NCBI GenBank assembly: GCA_007136405.1
Contig: SLHA01000132.1
Coordinates: 3,814-67,813 of the forward strand
Length of the DNA stretch: 64,000 nucleotides
Source: Candidatus Latescibacterota bacterium
GTDB taxonomy: Bacteria > Latescibacterota > UBA2968 > UBA8231
Direction of reading: 5' to 3'
Below the pieces are notes generated by a model. That model saw only the letters and a list, made by a program, of their open reading frames with translations, had not been told where the DNA came from and searched no databases. Made by a program: the position numbers and the translations under genes. This document shows, piece by piece, positions 37,249 to 47,644 of the stretch; position 1 is the first letter of the stretch, and every line of letters begins with the position of its first letter.

Positions 37249-40200
37249 GTGCCGCGCCTCCTCACCGGCTGGCGGATCACGCTCACAAAACCGAACACCA
37301 GGGGACCGGCACCGATGGCGAACAAACGCCAACCGGCCTTGTGACCCGCCGGCAGGTACGGGAATCCCTGCGGTGCCGTGCTGCGTGCCTGCAGCGCCGC
37401 CAGCTCGGGTCCGTAGGTGAGCGCCGCTGTGCTGTTCAGCAACAGCTGATCGTGGTCAAACCCTGGAGCGAACAGGTATTCGTCGGTAAATATCTCCGCG
37501 CAACCGATCAGCATCAACTTCCCCGTGTTGTCCACGGGACCGGGTTGCACGCTCCACTGCGTCCTGCCGACTTCATCGCGCTCGTAGCTGAACGCGGGGA
37601 AGCGTCCGCTTATTTGTACGACCAGGGGCTGAGGTCCCAGGAGCTCGGATGGCGAAAACGACTCCGGCGGCAACCAGCCTCCCTCCCATTGATAGGACCA
37701 GGCCTGCGGCGACGTGGTGATCAGCGTGTCCGCCTGCACACCGATCTGCGCCATGCGGCCGGGATCGAGGGTGAAACGATTGGCCCACAGGAACAGCATG
37801 TCGCCCAGCCGGCGGGTGACCGGCGAGGCGGGGCAGTAGTGGGCCGCGACACCACGAATGAGGAACGGAAGCGCCACCTTCTGGAAATCGTAGTCCCGCA
37901 CGGCCGCGCGATTGACCTGGGTCTCCAGCAGGGCATGGCCCTGGGTGCGATCCATGAGTACTTCGCGCACTTGCTGGAGCCCCAGGTGTTGCAGGTACGG
38001 ATCAAGGTCCTGGAACTGCGGTTGCGGCCAGTACACGGTCTGGAACCCGGCGCCACGATACTGCCGCTGCTGGATGTTGAAATGCTGCATGGCAACCAGT
38101 GCGCTTGCGCCCCGGTGCAAGTGCTGCGCCAGGTAATCGGTGATGGGCGTCGAATCACGCCGCGGCTGCAACCACAGTACCAGATCCACATCGAAACCGA
38201 ATTGCGGATTGCGTGAATCCACGTACACGACCTCGTACCCATAGTCTACCAGCAGGTGTTTCACCTGGCTGTAGATGTCCGCTCCACTGGGCGGCGCCAG
38301 GTTGCGACGATGGTAATCTTCGTGGGCTTCCGCCGGCGACAGGCGCCGCGGCTCGGCGATCAGCGCCACGCGTGGCGCGGTCTCATGCTCCAGCCTCCAG
38401 ACGGCCGCCGCCAGCAGAAAATCCAGATGGCGCAGGGCGCGCTCATCCAGACGGGGTATCACGGTGCTGCGCCCTTCATGCCGCAGCCGCAGAGCACTCC
38501 AGATCTGGTGCGTCAACACCGTGTCATGCCGGACTTTCTCCACCGGCAGCGTGGCAACCCCCTCAGCGGCAAGCCGCTCTCTTTCTCCAGGAGAACTGTA
38601 TTCCGGGTGTATTACGGTGAGGTCCACACCGCCAGCCGATAGGATCGAGCGGAGACGCGACTCCAGATTCTTCAACCGCGCTGGCAGGTGCGCTCGGGGC
38701 GACAAGAGCAGATCGACTTCCAGGGTCCCGGCTCTGGCCTGCAATTCCTGCAGCAGCAACGGCGACGGCTGGTTCAGCCGGTCCCGGGTCCAGTCCCACT
38801 GCCACCCGTCCGTCACACCCACCACGTAACCCGTGCCACCCAGCACCAGCCCGCCGGAAACCAGCCAGCCCGCGAGGCGTAATCCGCGCTGACGCGCACC
38901 TTGGCCACTGTCCTGCCGCACATGGCGCAGCCCCAGTCCCAGGCAGAGCAGCGGAATAGCCGCCACGGCAACCAGCCGCCATACCAGCCGTTGTGCCTGT
39001 CCCATGGGCGGCAGCCTGGACGGTTGCGGCGACGCGGCTCTGGCCTGCACCAACGCCTCGGTTCCGGCAAAGGTCTGTATCAGCGTGCGCAGAAAACCGG
39101 CATGGGCGTAGTCCGGCTGTTCGAATATGCCGTCCAGAAACGGGGCCGGGCTGCCCATGACCAGAATCCGTCCGGCGCGGGGATCGACCGAAGTCAACAT
39201 GACCATCAGATTGCGCCGGCCCACCCTCTGACCGCCGTCCAGTGCGGTCACCGCCAGCGCTGCATGGGGTACGGGCAGGGCTCGTGCCGCTCCCGTCGTC
39301 GTGGCCACGATGCTGGCACGGTATCCCGCCTGCCGGATACGGCCGGGATCCAGCTCCAGAGCGCTGGCCCCCAGGAACGACAGCCCGCCGCGCGCCGGGG
39401 CGGCAAGCGCGCGGAAGTCGCACTGTGCCGGCAGGCAGAGCAGCTGGAGAGGAGTCTCCATGGACCGTACCGAACCGTCAGAACCGGCGAAATGCAGCGG
39501 TCCGCTGCGGTCGAGCAGCAGATCGGCTACCGGGGTGATCCCCAGAGGACGCAGAACATCGGCCAGGGCAGTGCCATGCGAACGCGCTACCACGGCGGCT
39601 TCGCCCTCCCTTACGTGGTACTCCACGGAGTATGTACTGCCGGCAATAATCGCGCTGCGGCCGGAGGCCACATACGCGGCCAACGCCCGCTGGTGTTCCG
39701 GGGTGGCAACCCGGGGCTGTATCCAGAACAGCACATCCGTGACGGCAGGAATCCGGGGATTCCGGGCCAGATCGACGACTTTCACGTCGCCGTATTCGGC
39801 CAGTGCCTGCTGCAGACCATCGGTATCCGCAGAAGCAGCCACGGCGAACACGGGACGCGGCGGGTGCTGCATGGCCAACACATGCCCGCGTACCAGCTCC
39901 TCCAGCTGCTGAATGTGTTCGGGGTGTATGCGCGGGATCACGACCGGCCGCCGATCGCCGTATTCCAGCACCAGCGACGACCAGATCATGCGCTCGGCAT
40001 GCTGATCATGACGCACGTCCTCCACACCGAAAGCGGCAGCACCCTGACGCGCCGCATAGGCGATACCCGGCTCCCCGCTTGACTCCGGATACAGTACGCG
40101 GTAGTGCACTTTGTCCGGTGCCACAGCCCGTAACGCGCCCAGCAGCGTTCTGACCTCGTCCTCGAGCCGCCGGAAATGCGATGGCATATCCGATCGCCTG

Positions 40201-40400
40201 GAGACGAAGTAGGACAGGCGCAACGGCGCATCGAGCCGCCGCAGGACGGGCCGGATCTCGGCGCTCAGCGATGCGGTCTGCAGGCCTCCCAGATCCAGGA
40301 CCGGGATACCGAGCCGGTCTCCGAGCCTGCCGGCCACCACGACCACGCTCAGCAGCAGCCCGCAGCACAACCCGACCTGAAACAGGAAGCGCGCCTTCAA
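37245..40400 (-). CDS. GldG-like ABC transporter auxiliary protein, internally duplicated (two TM-domain-TM modules)
   Basis: About 1050 aa, with TM segments at the N-terminus, at the centre (two) and at the C-terminus. Both halves resemble the ABC-type uncharacterised transport system (GldG) domain. A TTG start at 40400 forms a TTGA overlap with the permease stop and has GAGGA 6 nt upstream. The GTG at 40436 is the alternative start. Confidence 0.7.
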   Translation of the reverse strand: MKARFLFQVGLCCGLLLSVVVVAGRLGDRLGIPVLDLGGLQTASLSAEIRPVLRRLDAPLRLSYFVSRRSDMPSHFRRLEDEVRTLLGALRAVAPDKVHYRVLYPESSGEPGIAYAARQGAAAFGVEDVRHDQHAERMIWSSLVLEYGDRRPVVIPRIHPEHIQQLEELVRGHVLAMQHPPRPVFAVAASADTDGLQQALAEYGDVKVVDLARNPRIPAVTDVLFWIQPRVATPEHQRALAAYVASGRSAIIAGSTYSVEYHVREGEAAVVARSHGTALADVLRPLGITPVADLLLDRSGPLHFAGSDGSVRSMETPLQLLCLPAQCDFRALAAPARGGLSFLGASALELDPGRIRQAGYRASIVATTTGAARALPVPHAALAVTALDGGQRVGRRNLMVMLTSVDPRAGRILVMGSPAPFLDGIFEQPDYAHAGFLRTLIQTFAGTEALVQARAASPQPSRLPPMGQAQRLVWRLVAVAAIPLLCLGLGLRHVRQDSGQGARQRGLRLAGWLVSGGLVLGGTGYVVGVTDGWQWDWTRDRLNQPSPLLLQELQARAGTLEVDLLLSPRAHLPARLKNLESRLRSILSAGGVDLTVIHPEYSSPGERERLAAEGVATLPVEKVRHDTVLTHQIWSALRLRHEGRSTVIPRLDERALRHLDFLLAAAVWRLEHETAPRVALIAEPRRLSPAEAHEDYHRRNLAPPSGADIYSQVKHLLVDYGYEVVYVDSRNPQFGFDVDLVLWLQPRRDSTPITDYLAQHLHRGASALVAMQHFNIQQRQYRGAGFQTVYWPQPQFQDLDPYLQHLGLQQVREVLMDRTQGHALLETQVNRAAVRDYDFQKVALPFLIRGVAAHYCPASPVTRRLGDMLFLWANRFTLDPGRMAQIGVQADTLITTSPQAWSYQWEGGWLPPESFSPSELLGPQPLVVQISGRFPAFSYERDEVGRTQWSVQPGPVDNTGKLMLIGCAEIFTDEYLFAPGFDHDQLLLNSTAALTYGPELAALQARSTAPQGFPYLPAGHKAGWRLFAIGAGPLVFGFVSVIRQPVRRRGT

Positions 40401-41164
40401 TACCGGATCCTCTGCACGGTGAGCTGGTTCATCCACAGGAAGAACCCGGTCATCAGGAAGAAATAGAGTGTGTGCGTCAAGCCGACGACCCCTCGTCCGA
40501 ATGCCTGGTAATGAGGCATGATGGAGATGGAGTCGTACAGCCAGGTGCCGATCTGCCGGGCAGGCGCCAGTCCATCCATTACGGCCACCACCTGATCATG
40601 TCCGCTGACGACGAAGATGAAGCCCAGCAGTCCTGCCAGGACGAAGGCCACAATCTGGTCGCGGGTGAGTCCCGAGGCGAACAGCCCGAAAGCCAGAAAC
40701 AACGCCCCGGTGAGCAGCGCGCCGATGTAACCGGTCACGATGGGTCCCGGATCCGGCTGCCCCAGCCACGCCAGCATGATGACCAGCGGCAGGCTGCCGG
40801 CAAGCACCAGCCCGTAGAACACCAGTGCTGCGGTGAATTTTCCCAACACCACCTGCCCCGGCGTCAACGGCAGGGTCAACACCAGCTCCACGGTGTTCTG
40901 GGCGTGTTCCTGCGCCCACATGCCCATGGTGATCGCCGGAGCGAACGGTATGAGAAAGAATGGCAGAGCGTCGAAATACGGCGATAGATCGATCACCCCG
41001 GCCAGGAAGAAAGTGTTCATGTACGTGCCGCAGGAAAGCACCAGAAAAACCGCGGCATAGATGCAGGCGACCGGGGAGTCGAAATAGGCGGCCAACTCGC
41101 GGGTGGCGATCAGACGCACACCCGACGCATATATACCCGCTGGGCGATGCTGGGAATCACTCAT
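40397..41164 (-). CDS. ABC-2 type transporter permease (GldF-like)
   Basis: Polytopic protein. Start at MSDSQHRPAG (ATG 41164) overlaps the ATPase stop by 8 nt. Confidence 0.8.
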   Translation of the reverse strand: MSDSQHRPAGIYASGVRLIATRELAAYFDSPVACIYAAVFLVLSCGTYMNTFFLAGVIDLSPYFDALPFFLIPFAPAITMGMWAQEHAQNTVELVLTLPLTPGQVVLGKFTAALVFYGLVLAGSLPLVIMLAWLGQPDPGPIVTGYIGALLTGALFLAFGLFASGLTRDQIVAFVLAGLLGFIFVVSGHDQVVAVMDGLAPARQIGTWLYDSISIMPHYQAFGRGVVGLTHTLYFFLMTGFFLWMNQLTVQRIRY

Positions 41165-41891
41165 CACGTTCGGTGGCCCGTACAAGGTGGGCGAAAAGCT
41201 CCTCCAGAGAGGCACGCGGCCGCTCCAGGGTCTGCCGCAGTTCATCCAGAGAGCCGTCCCCGAGTATACGGCCCCGGTTGATCACGAGAACCCTGTCGCT
41301 GACCGCTTCCACGTCCGGTATGATATGCGTGCTGAACAAGATGGCCCTGCCGTGGCGCAGCTGGCGCAGCAACTGGCGGAATTCGACGACCTGCAGCGGA
41401 TCGAAACCATGCGTGGGTTCGTCAAGCAGCAACACGGGCGGATCGTGGATCAACGCGGCCGCCAGCCCGAAGCGCTGCCGAAAACCGGTGGAGCAGCGGT
41501 CGATCCGCTGATGCAGCGCAGGTTGCAGACCGAAAGCCTGGACGACGCGTGCCAGTCCCGCTTCCAGATCCTCGCCCCGCAGCCCGTGGGCCGCACCGAC
41601 GAAACGCAGGAATGGCTCACCGCGCATCTGTCGGTACAGCGGCGTGTCTCCGGGCAGGTAACCGATACGGCGACGGACCGCCAGCGGCGCCGCCGTGACC
41701 TCGATCCCGTCCACGGTGGCCCGGCCGGATGTGGGCAGAATGAAGGTCGCCAATATTTTGAGTATGGTGCTCTTGCCTGCACCATTGGGCCCGACAAAAC
41801 CGACGATCTCATTCCGGTTTACCCGGAAGGTGACCCGATCGGCCGCCACCACCGAACCGAAGCGCCGGGTTATTGCGTCAACAGCGATCAC
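41157..41891 (-). CDS. ABC transporter ATP-binding protein (GldA-like)
   Basis: Walker A GPNGAGKST, Walker B LLLDEPTHGFDP, and a degenerate signature CSTGFRQR. Confidence 0.9.
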   Translation of the reverse strand: MIAVDAITRRFGSVVAADRVTFRVNRNEIVGFVGPNGAGKSTILKILATFILPTSGRATVDGIEVTAAPLAVRRRIGYLPGDTPLYRQMRGEPFLRFVGAAHGLRGEDLEAGLARVVQAFGLQPALHQRIDRCSTGFRQRFGLAAALIHDPPVLLLDEPTHGFDPLQVVEFRQLLRQLRHGRAILFSTHIIPDVEAVSDRVLVINRGRILGDGSLDELRQTLERPRASLEELFAHLVRATERDE

Positions 41892-42183
41892 GTTCCGCTC
41901 CCTGTTCAGACGACGCAGGCGATGCCAGGGATCCGGCCCCCGGCGCCTCTGACCGGTTCGCGGTTGCGGTCCCTGATGTACCGGGCCGACCCCTGACCGC
42001 CAGTGGCGGGTAACCGCGCGTCCACGCCGGAACCGGTTGATCCTCCGCTGCCGGCATGCCGCGCCAACCGCTGCACCGGCACTCTTCCGCCCGCAAGCTA
42101 TTGAACTGTTGAGAGAAAATCATTAACATATCAGGTTTACCACCTGTACACTCCTACCCGCATTGCCGGCGAAAGGATGAACC

Positions 42184-43665
42184 ATGGCCACAGTCCTGAA
42201 CGCCCTTTCCCACAGCCTCAAGGAATTCCGCATACTGCCCGGGTACACACCCGCCGACGGCAGCGCACCGCATGTCCTGCTGGAGACCCGGCTGTGCCGC
42301 AAAGGGAATGGTTGGATAGGGCTCCACACGCCGTTTCTCAGCGCCGCGATGCAGGCCGTCACGGGAGCGGAGATGGCCATCGCCCTGGCCCAGCTGGGCG
42401 GTATCGGGATCCTGCCCGTCAACCAGCCGGTGGAAGAACAGTGTGGTACAATACGCAAAGTCAAAAGGTTCAAGGGCGGTTTCCAGACGAACATATTGAC
42501 GCTGTCGCCGGACCAGACCATTGCTTCGGTGGTCGACATCATCAACGAGACAGGATACAGCACGTTTCCCGTCACCACAACCGGCGAATTCCACGCCAGG
42601 CTGATCGGCATACTGACGGACAAGGACTTCGACATTCGGCGCGATCACGGCTGTCTGGTGTCCGAGCGCATGAAGACGGATCTACAGGCCGGTGTGGAGA
42701 TCGAAAGCCTGGGAGAAGCCAACGATCTGATGATCAAGTACGGCCGCGGGTTCCTGCCTATCGTCTCCAAGGACGGCATCCTGCAGAGCGCCGTGTTCAA
42801 AAAGGACCTGGACAAGCATCTCAAGCATCCGGGTGAGTCCATCGACGACAAGAAGCGCCTGCTGGTCGGTGCGGCCATTTCCACGCATCCGGAAGACCGT
42901 GAACGGGCCCAGGCTCTGTACGAGCACGAAACCGATGTTGTGGTCATCGACGCCTCGGACGGGCACACCGCCTATCAACTGGAGATGATCGAGTACCTGA
43001 AACAGGCCATCCACGTACCGGTCATCGGCGGCAATGTGGTCACGGCAGACGGCTTCCGTTTCCTCGTGGAAGCCGGCGTGGACGCCGTGAAGGTGGGGAT
43101 GGGCATCGGTTCGGGTTGCACTACCCAGCAGGTCAAGGCCACCGGCCGCGGCCAGGCCACGGCTTTGATGACCATCGCCCAAGCGCGCGACGAGTGGGCG
43201 CAGCAGACCGGCCAGTATGTCCCGCTGGTCGCCGATGGCGGCATCAGCAGTCCTGCCGACATGTCGGTGGCGCTGGCGCTGGGCGCGGATTCGCTGATGA
43301 TGGGCAACTTCTTCGCCCGGTTCACCGAAAGTGCCGGCAATCTGGTCCGTAATGCCGCCGGTGAGATCGTCAAGGAATACTGGATGGAAGGCAGCATGCG
43401 GGCACTGAACACGCGCCGTTATACCCACATCAAGGATTCGTTCTTCGAGGAAGGCATCGCGGGATTCGTGCCGCATGTCGGCTCGCTCTACGACAAGCTG
43501 CCCACAGTCATCCAGATGATCCGGGCCACGCTGGCTACAGCCGGCTGTCGCAACCTGGAAGACCTGCACCAGAACGCCATCCTGGAGATGCAGTCACCCA
43601 ACGCGCTCATGGACAGCCAGGTGCACGACATGGTGCCGATGAACGTGGATCAGCAGATCCTCTGA
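42184..43665 (+). CDS. IMP dehydrogenase family protein with CBS pair and a divergent catalytic loop
   Basis: 493 aa. The TIM barrel is interrupted by a CBS-like insert. The catalytic-Cys loop is VKVGMGIGSGCTTQQV, whereas I recall the canonical loop as GIGPGSICTTR. DGGI and MMGNFFA motifs are present. Confidence 0.75.
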   Translation: MATVLNALSHSLKEFRILPGYTPADGSAPHVLLETRLCRKGNGWIGLHTPFLSAAMQAVTGAEMAIALAQLGGIGILPVNQPVEEQCGTIRKVKRFKGGFQTNILTLSPDQTIASVVDIINETGYSTFPVTTTGEFHARLIGILTDKDFDIRRDHGCLVSERMKTDLQAGVEIESLGEANDLMIKYGRGFLPIVSKDGILQSAVFKKDLDKHLKHPGESIDDKKRLLVGAAISTHPEDRERAQALYEHETDVVVIDASDGHTAYQLEMIEYLKQAIHVPVIGGNVVTADGFRFLVEAGVDAVKVGMGIGSGCTTQQVKATGRGQATALMTIAQARDEWAQQTGQYVPLVADGGISSPADMSVALALGADSLMMGNFFARFTESAGNLVRNAAGEIVKEYWMEGSMRALNTRRYTHIKDSFFEEGIAGFVPHVGSLYDKLPTVIQMIRATLATAGCRNLEDLHQNAILEMQSPNALMDSQVHDMVPMNVDQQIL

Positions 43666-43750
43666 ACAGCGCGCACCAACGCTGGCGCAGAGAAACCCGG
43701 CCAGTCTTTGGGCATATGCCTGGGGTACCCGGCTCTCCCGACCACCCGGC

Positions 43751-44770
43751 TCATTCGGGGGTCAGAAGAGCGTTGACCCTGGCCAGTACCTCGAAGGCAT
43801 CGGCGACGTACAGCACGTCCGCTTTGCCCTGCGCCCAGCCGCAGTTGGGATCCAGGTTGATCGCCCGGCGCTCGTTGATGAAACGCCATCCCACCGTGTG
43901 CGGTTCTTCGCCGTGGCAGCAGGTGGCCAGACCTTTGGAATGCCGTGGAGCCATCCCTGTCTGTCCCACCTGGTTGAGGTGGCTGAACACAGACAGCACT
44001 TCCTCGCCTTCACTGCTCAGATCCACCAGCGACTTGCTGCTGCCCAGGGATGCCTGGGCGCGTTCCAGAAACTCGCGAATGAGCTGTTCGGCCTGTGCCG
44101 CGTGCGTCTGCCCGTCCGCTTGTTTCTTGGTCCAGCCCGCACCGGCAACCAGCAGCACATCCGCCTCCGGTCTGATCGTCTGTGAATCCGCCTCCGGCGT
44201 CTCCACGCCCAGCACCCGGGTGCGGGACGCGGCCTCAACGGCCACCGGCCGGGCATCCACCGCGGCCGCGGTACCGGACCATGGCGCGAATGCTCCACTG
44301 GCGGTCAGCACGAGCCAGGGGCGCGAGGCGCGCGCCAACGTGGCCACCATGCGCTGGCGGTAGTACCAGCGCTGGATGCGCAGTCCGTCGGCTGCGGGTT
44401 CCATGGCGGTGACTTGCGTGTCCACCCTTCCACCACACCGCTGAGCCGCCCCGGGGAACGAACGGCGGAAACGCGCGGTGCCCGGCCCCACGACGATTGC
44501 GGCACCGCTGGCATCCACCAGCGCTGCGATGGCCGCCACATCCGTGGCGTAGCGTGAATCCTCCAGCTCTGCGGCCTCGGCCACTAAGTAGCGGCCGGCG
44601 CCGCAACCACCCAGTGTCTGCAGCGCGGCGGCGGCTCCACGTCCGAACACGGCCACTGCCAGGCCCTTGCCTTCCGGAGCCAGCACCAGCGCGGCGTTCA
44701 GCGCTTCACGCGCCTGGCGCCCGAGGTTGCCTCCGGTATCCGTGTGGGCGATGTATAGAATCTCCTCCAT
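43751..44770 (-). CDS. etfA: Electron transfer flavoprotein alpha subunit (EtfA/FixB-like), divergent FAD-binding segment
   Basis: 339 aa. Has the C-terminal motif QVGQTG, but the following segment reads LATCCHGEEPHTVGW rather than the canonical AVGISGAIQH-type motif I recall. Confidence 0.7.
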   Translation of the reverse strand: MEEILYIAHTDTGGNLGRQAREALNAALVLAPEGKGLAVAVFGRGAAAALQTLGGCGAGRYLVAEAAELEDSRYATDVAAIAALVDASGAAIVVGPGTARFRRSFPGAAQRCGGRVDTQVTAMEPAADGLRIQRWYYRQRMVATLARASRPWLVLTASGAFAPWSGTAAAVDARPVAVEAASRTRVLGVETPEADSQTIRPEADVLLVAGAGWTKKQADGQTHAAQAEQLIREFLERAQASLGSSKSLVDLSSEGEEVLSVFSHLNQVGQTGMAPRHSKGLATCCHGEEPHTVGWRFINERRAINLDPNCGWAQGKADVLYVADAFEVLARVNALLTPE

Positions 44771-44803
44771 GCCTGTCTACTTTCCGGGTTTCAGTAGTCG
44801 ACC

Positions 44804-45616
44804 TCAGCTGTCTTCGCGCAGCCATTGCACCAGTTCCGCGGCGATTTCGTCCGTGGGCGTGTCCTTCACTATCCGGGTATCGCGCCGTTGCTGGGGTACC
44901 GTGACGCTCTCGAAGGTGAGTTCGGGCGCCTCCAGAGTGACGCTCTTCGCTCGCTGCAACGCCGGCATGATGCTCCGCATGTTCTGCATGCCGATCTGCG
45001 GATTGTTGGGTGGCTCGGGCAGCATGCCAGTGGCCCAGCCGACGACGGCAGGCGGGCCGTCGCAGGCGGATACCAGATAGCGGCCTCCTTCTATGCGCTC
45101 CTTGATGCGCAGGACACCTTCCTGCACGGTCAGTTCGTCCACATTGAGGAACTGCTCGGTGATCCCCAGCCGCTCGCCGGTCATCTGCAACGTGGCGCCG
45201 GCATCCCGGCTGGCCGAAGCGCACCCGCCGAACAACAACAGCCGTTGGGGATCCAGTTCCGGGATGGCCGCCACCGTGTCCGCCAGCACCCGGGCGACCT
45301 CGGCGGCATCGGTGAAACCGCCGGCCGGCCCGTCGCACGCGACCAGCTCGAATACCGCTTTCTGGGCGATGCTCATCATCAGTTGCTGCAAGCGCGCCCT
45401 GGGACCAATGCTGACCAGCCAGATCCGGCTCTCACCGTCCTGCCGCGCCAGATGAGCGGCTTCATACAGGGCATGCGAGGCCCACGGATCCAGTACCGCA
45501 GGCAGCATCATCTCGTTTTTCAGCGCAGGTCCCTGCGGACCCGCTATGGGCTCCAGGGTCTGCAGCGGATCCGGTACCAGACTGCCGCAGACGGCGATAT
45601 GGAATCCCTGATTCAT
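44804..45616 (-). CDS. etfB: Electron transfer flavoprotein beta subunit (EtfB/FixA-like)
   Basis: Start at MNQGFHIAVCGSLVPD, with AGGAG upstream. The size (270 aa) and the position directly upstream of etfA fit. Confidence 0.7.
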   Translation of the reverse strand: MNQGFHIAVCGSLVPDPLQTLEPIAGPQGPALKNEMMLPAVLDPWASHALYEAAHLARQDGESRIWLVSIGPRARLQQLMMSIAQKAVFELVACDGPAGGFTDAAEVARVLADTVAAIPELDPQRLLLFGGCASASRDAGATLQMTGERLGITEQFLNVDELTVQEGVLRIKERIEGGRYLVSACDGPPAVVGWATGMLPEPPNNPQIGMQNMRSIMPALQRAKSVTLEAPELTFESVTVPQQRRDTRIVKDTPTDEIAAELVQWLREDS

Positions 45617-45745
45617 CCTGATCTCCTGTTCTGTAACGGAGTAGCCGCTGGACCTCCAACCACCACCCATGCCGCGGTGGCACGATGTCAGGCGCCCCGA
45701 ACCGCGATCCCGCCCCCGCAACGGCACGGTACCCGGCGCAACCGA

Positions 45746-47599
45746 TCAGTTCTCGGCGGAATGCAACCCGCCAGCGCCGGCCTGAAATTCGATGTTGGTG
45801 CGCTCTTCTCCAGAGGAACGCGCCCGCGTGCAGTTCCAGACGCAGGCACCGCAATGTACGCACTTGTCCCGTTCGAACCGCGGCGGACTGTCTTCGTCCC
45901 CGGGGAGGATCGCCTGGCCCGAACAGGCTTCGATGCACAACCGGTTGTCACAACGCTCGCACAAGGATGGATCCACGAAGACGACATGGTCGGCGTACCC
46001 CGCCGGCGCCTGCACTTTGCCACCGAGCAACATGGCATCCTGCTGGCTGAGCAGCAGTTTGCCGTCATATTGAACCTGGGGCCAGCCGGCCCGTTGCATC
46101 AGGGCATCATGCAGAGGCTCTCCCCGGGTGGCAGCCTCCTGGCGAACGCGGAGTACGTCAGCCGGGGTCAGCTTGCCGCGGAAAAACTCTTCCGGGGTGG
46201 GCACACGGGAATGCACCGGCTGCGAGCGATCCGCCAGACCGAGAGCGCCTCGCGTCAACCCGGTGACGCCCATGCCGGCCAGTCCAGTCAGGAAACCGCG
46301 CTGGAAACCGTTGCGGGCGTTGATGGCGCGACGCGCCTCCGTCTCCACCCAGCTGCCGCGCCGCCGCTCCACATAGGTTTTCTCGAGATTCTGCCGGCTC
46401 AACGGCGCGCCCGCCTGCAACAGCTCCACGACAGCCTCGGCCAGTTGCACCCCTGTGGCCCAGGCCTCGTCGACGCCCGACCCGGTGAGCACATTGGTAG
46501 TGCCGGAACCTTCGCCGATACGGGCGTATCCGTCTCCGACCAGGTAGGGTTCGCCCCGCATACCCGATTCCTGCAGCGTCCGCGCCCCCCAGGACCGCAG
46601 GGTGCCTCCCTGTAGATGACGCCACAACGCCGGATGCTGCATCCAGTGCTGCAGGTACCGGTAGCCGCAGCGTACCGGACTGTCCAGCCATGACGGCACG
46701 AAAATACCGATGGAGGCCACGCGATCCGCGTGCACGTAGACGAAGCCGAAGATCTCCGGCTCCGGATATCCCAGGGTGTGCAGCACGGTACCCGGCACCA
46801 GCTCGCAGTCCGGGGACAGATCCACCACCATCTTCATGCCCACGGCCCATTCGCGCTGATGGTGTCCCGGTGGCAGACCGAAGTGGGCGTCGAGCTGGCG
46901 GCCAACCGGTCCCACGGGGCCATCTCCGACCACGGTCAGGGCACCGCGTATATCCATACCGGGCATGTAGCCAGCCGCCGGCTGGCCATGCCTGTCCGTG
47001 CCCTGGTCCACCAGCCGCACACCGACGACCGCGTTCCCGTCGATCAGAGGGCCGGCTACCGGCGTGCCCGGCCAGAGCTGGACCAGACCGGTACTCATCA
47101 GACGCGAGGCCACCCACTGATTGAACTGGCCGATGGAAAGGACGAGACCGCCCTCCTTGCGCAGAAAGCCGGGAATATAGGGCAACCTCAGGGCGTGGTC
47201 CGCGTAAGGCAATACCGGACGGATGGCGCGCAGCAGACTATCCACGGTCCGCAGTCCGAGTCCCCGCCGGCTGGCCCCGACCGGGTCCTGAAGGTAGAGA
47301 ATGTCTTCCTGGGTGACTGCATGCGCCAGCGGGATATCCGCCGTCTCCAGATCCGGAAACGAGGTGCGCAGGGCATGTCCGCGGGTCACCACACCGGAAA
47401 CGCCGAAGCCCAGATCATCCGCACGTTCGTAGCACAGAATCTGGAGCGGCATACCAGGCATGGCGTGACTCTCCAGACGGGGCATCCCCTGCTCATCGGT
47501 CAGTTCACCACTCAAGGTGGTCAGGAATCCGCCGACAGCCGGGCCGAATCCCACACAGACGATGTCCACATCCAGACTCTGACGGGGTGTTTCGCTCAT
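45746..47599 (-). CDS. Electron-transfer flavoprotein:quinone oxidoreductase-like protein (FixC-type flavoprotein fused to FixX-type ferredoxin)
   Basis: N-terminal FAD fold DIVCVGFGPAVGG. C-terminal cysteine clusters CERCDNRLCIEAC and CVHCGACVWNC. Confidence 0.8.
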   Translation of the reverse strand: MSETPRQSLDVDIVCVGFGPAVGGFLTTLSGELTDEQGMPRLESHAMPGMPLQILCYERADDLGFGVSGVVTRGHALRTSFPDLETADIPLAHAVTQEDILYLQDPVGASRRGLGLRTVDSLLRAIRPVLPYADHALRLPYIPGFLRKEGGLVLSIGQFNQWVASRLMSTGLVQLWPGTPVAGPLIDGNAVVGVRLVDQGTDRHGQPAAGYMPGMDIRGALTVVGDGPVGPVGRQLDAHFGLPPGHHQREWAVGMKMVVDLSPDCELVPGTVLHTLGYPEPEIFGFVYVHADRVASIGIFVPSWLDSPVRCGYRYLQHWMQHPALWRHLQGGTLRSWGARTLQESGMRGEPYLVGDGYARIGEGSGTTNVLTGSGVDEAWATGVQLAEAVVELLQAGAPLSRQNLEKTYVERRRGSWVETEARRAINARNGFQRGFLTGLAGMGVTGLTRGALGLADRSQPVHSRVPTPEEFFRGKLTPADVLRVRQEAATRGEPLHDALMQRAGWPQVQYDGKLLLSQQDAMLLGGKVQAPAGYADHVVFVDPSLCERCDNRLCIEACSGQAILPGDEDSPPRFERDKCVHCGACVWNCTRARSSGEERTNIEFQAGAGGLHSAEN

Positions 47600-47644
47600 A
47601 CTTCTCCTGACTCGGTATGACAGACGGCCGTAGCTCCGCCCTGC

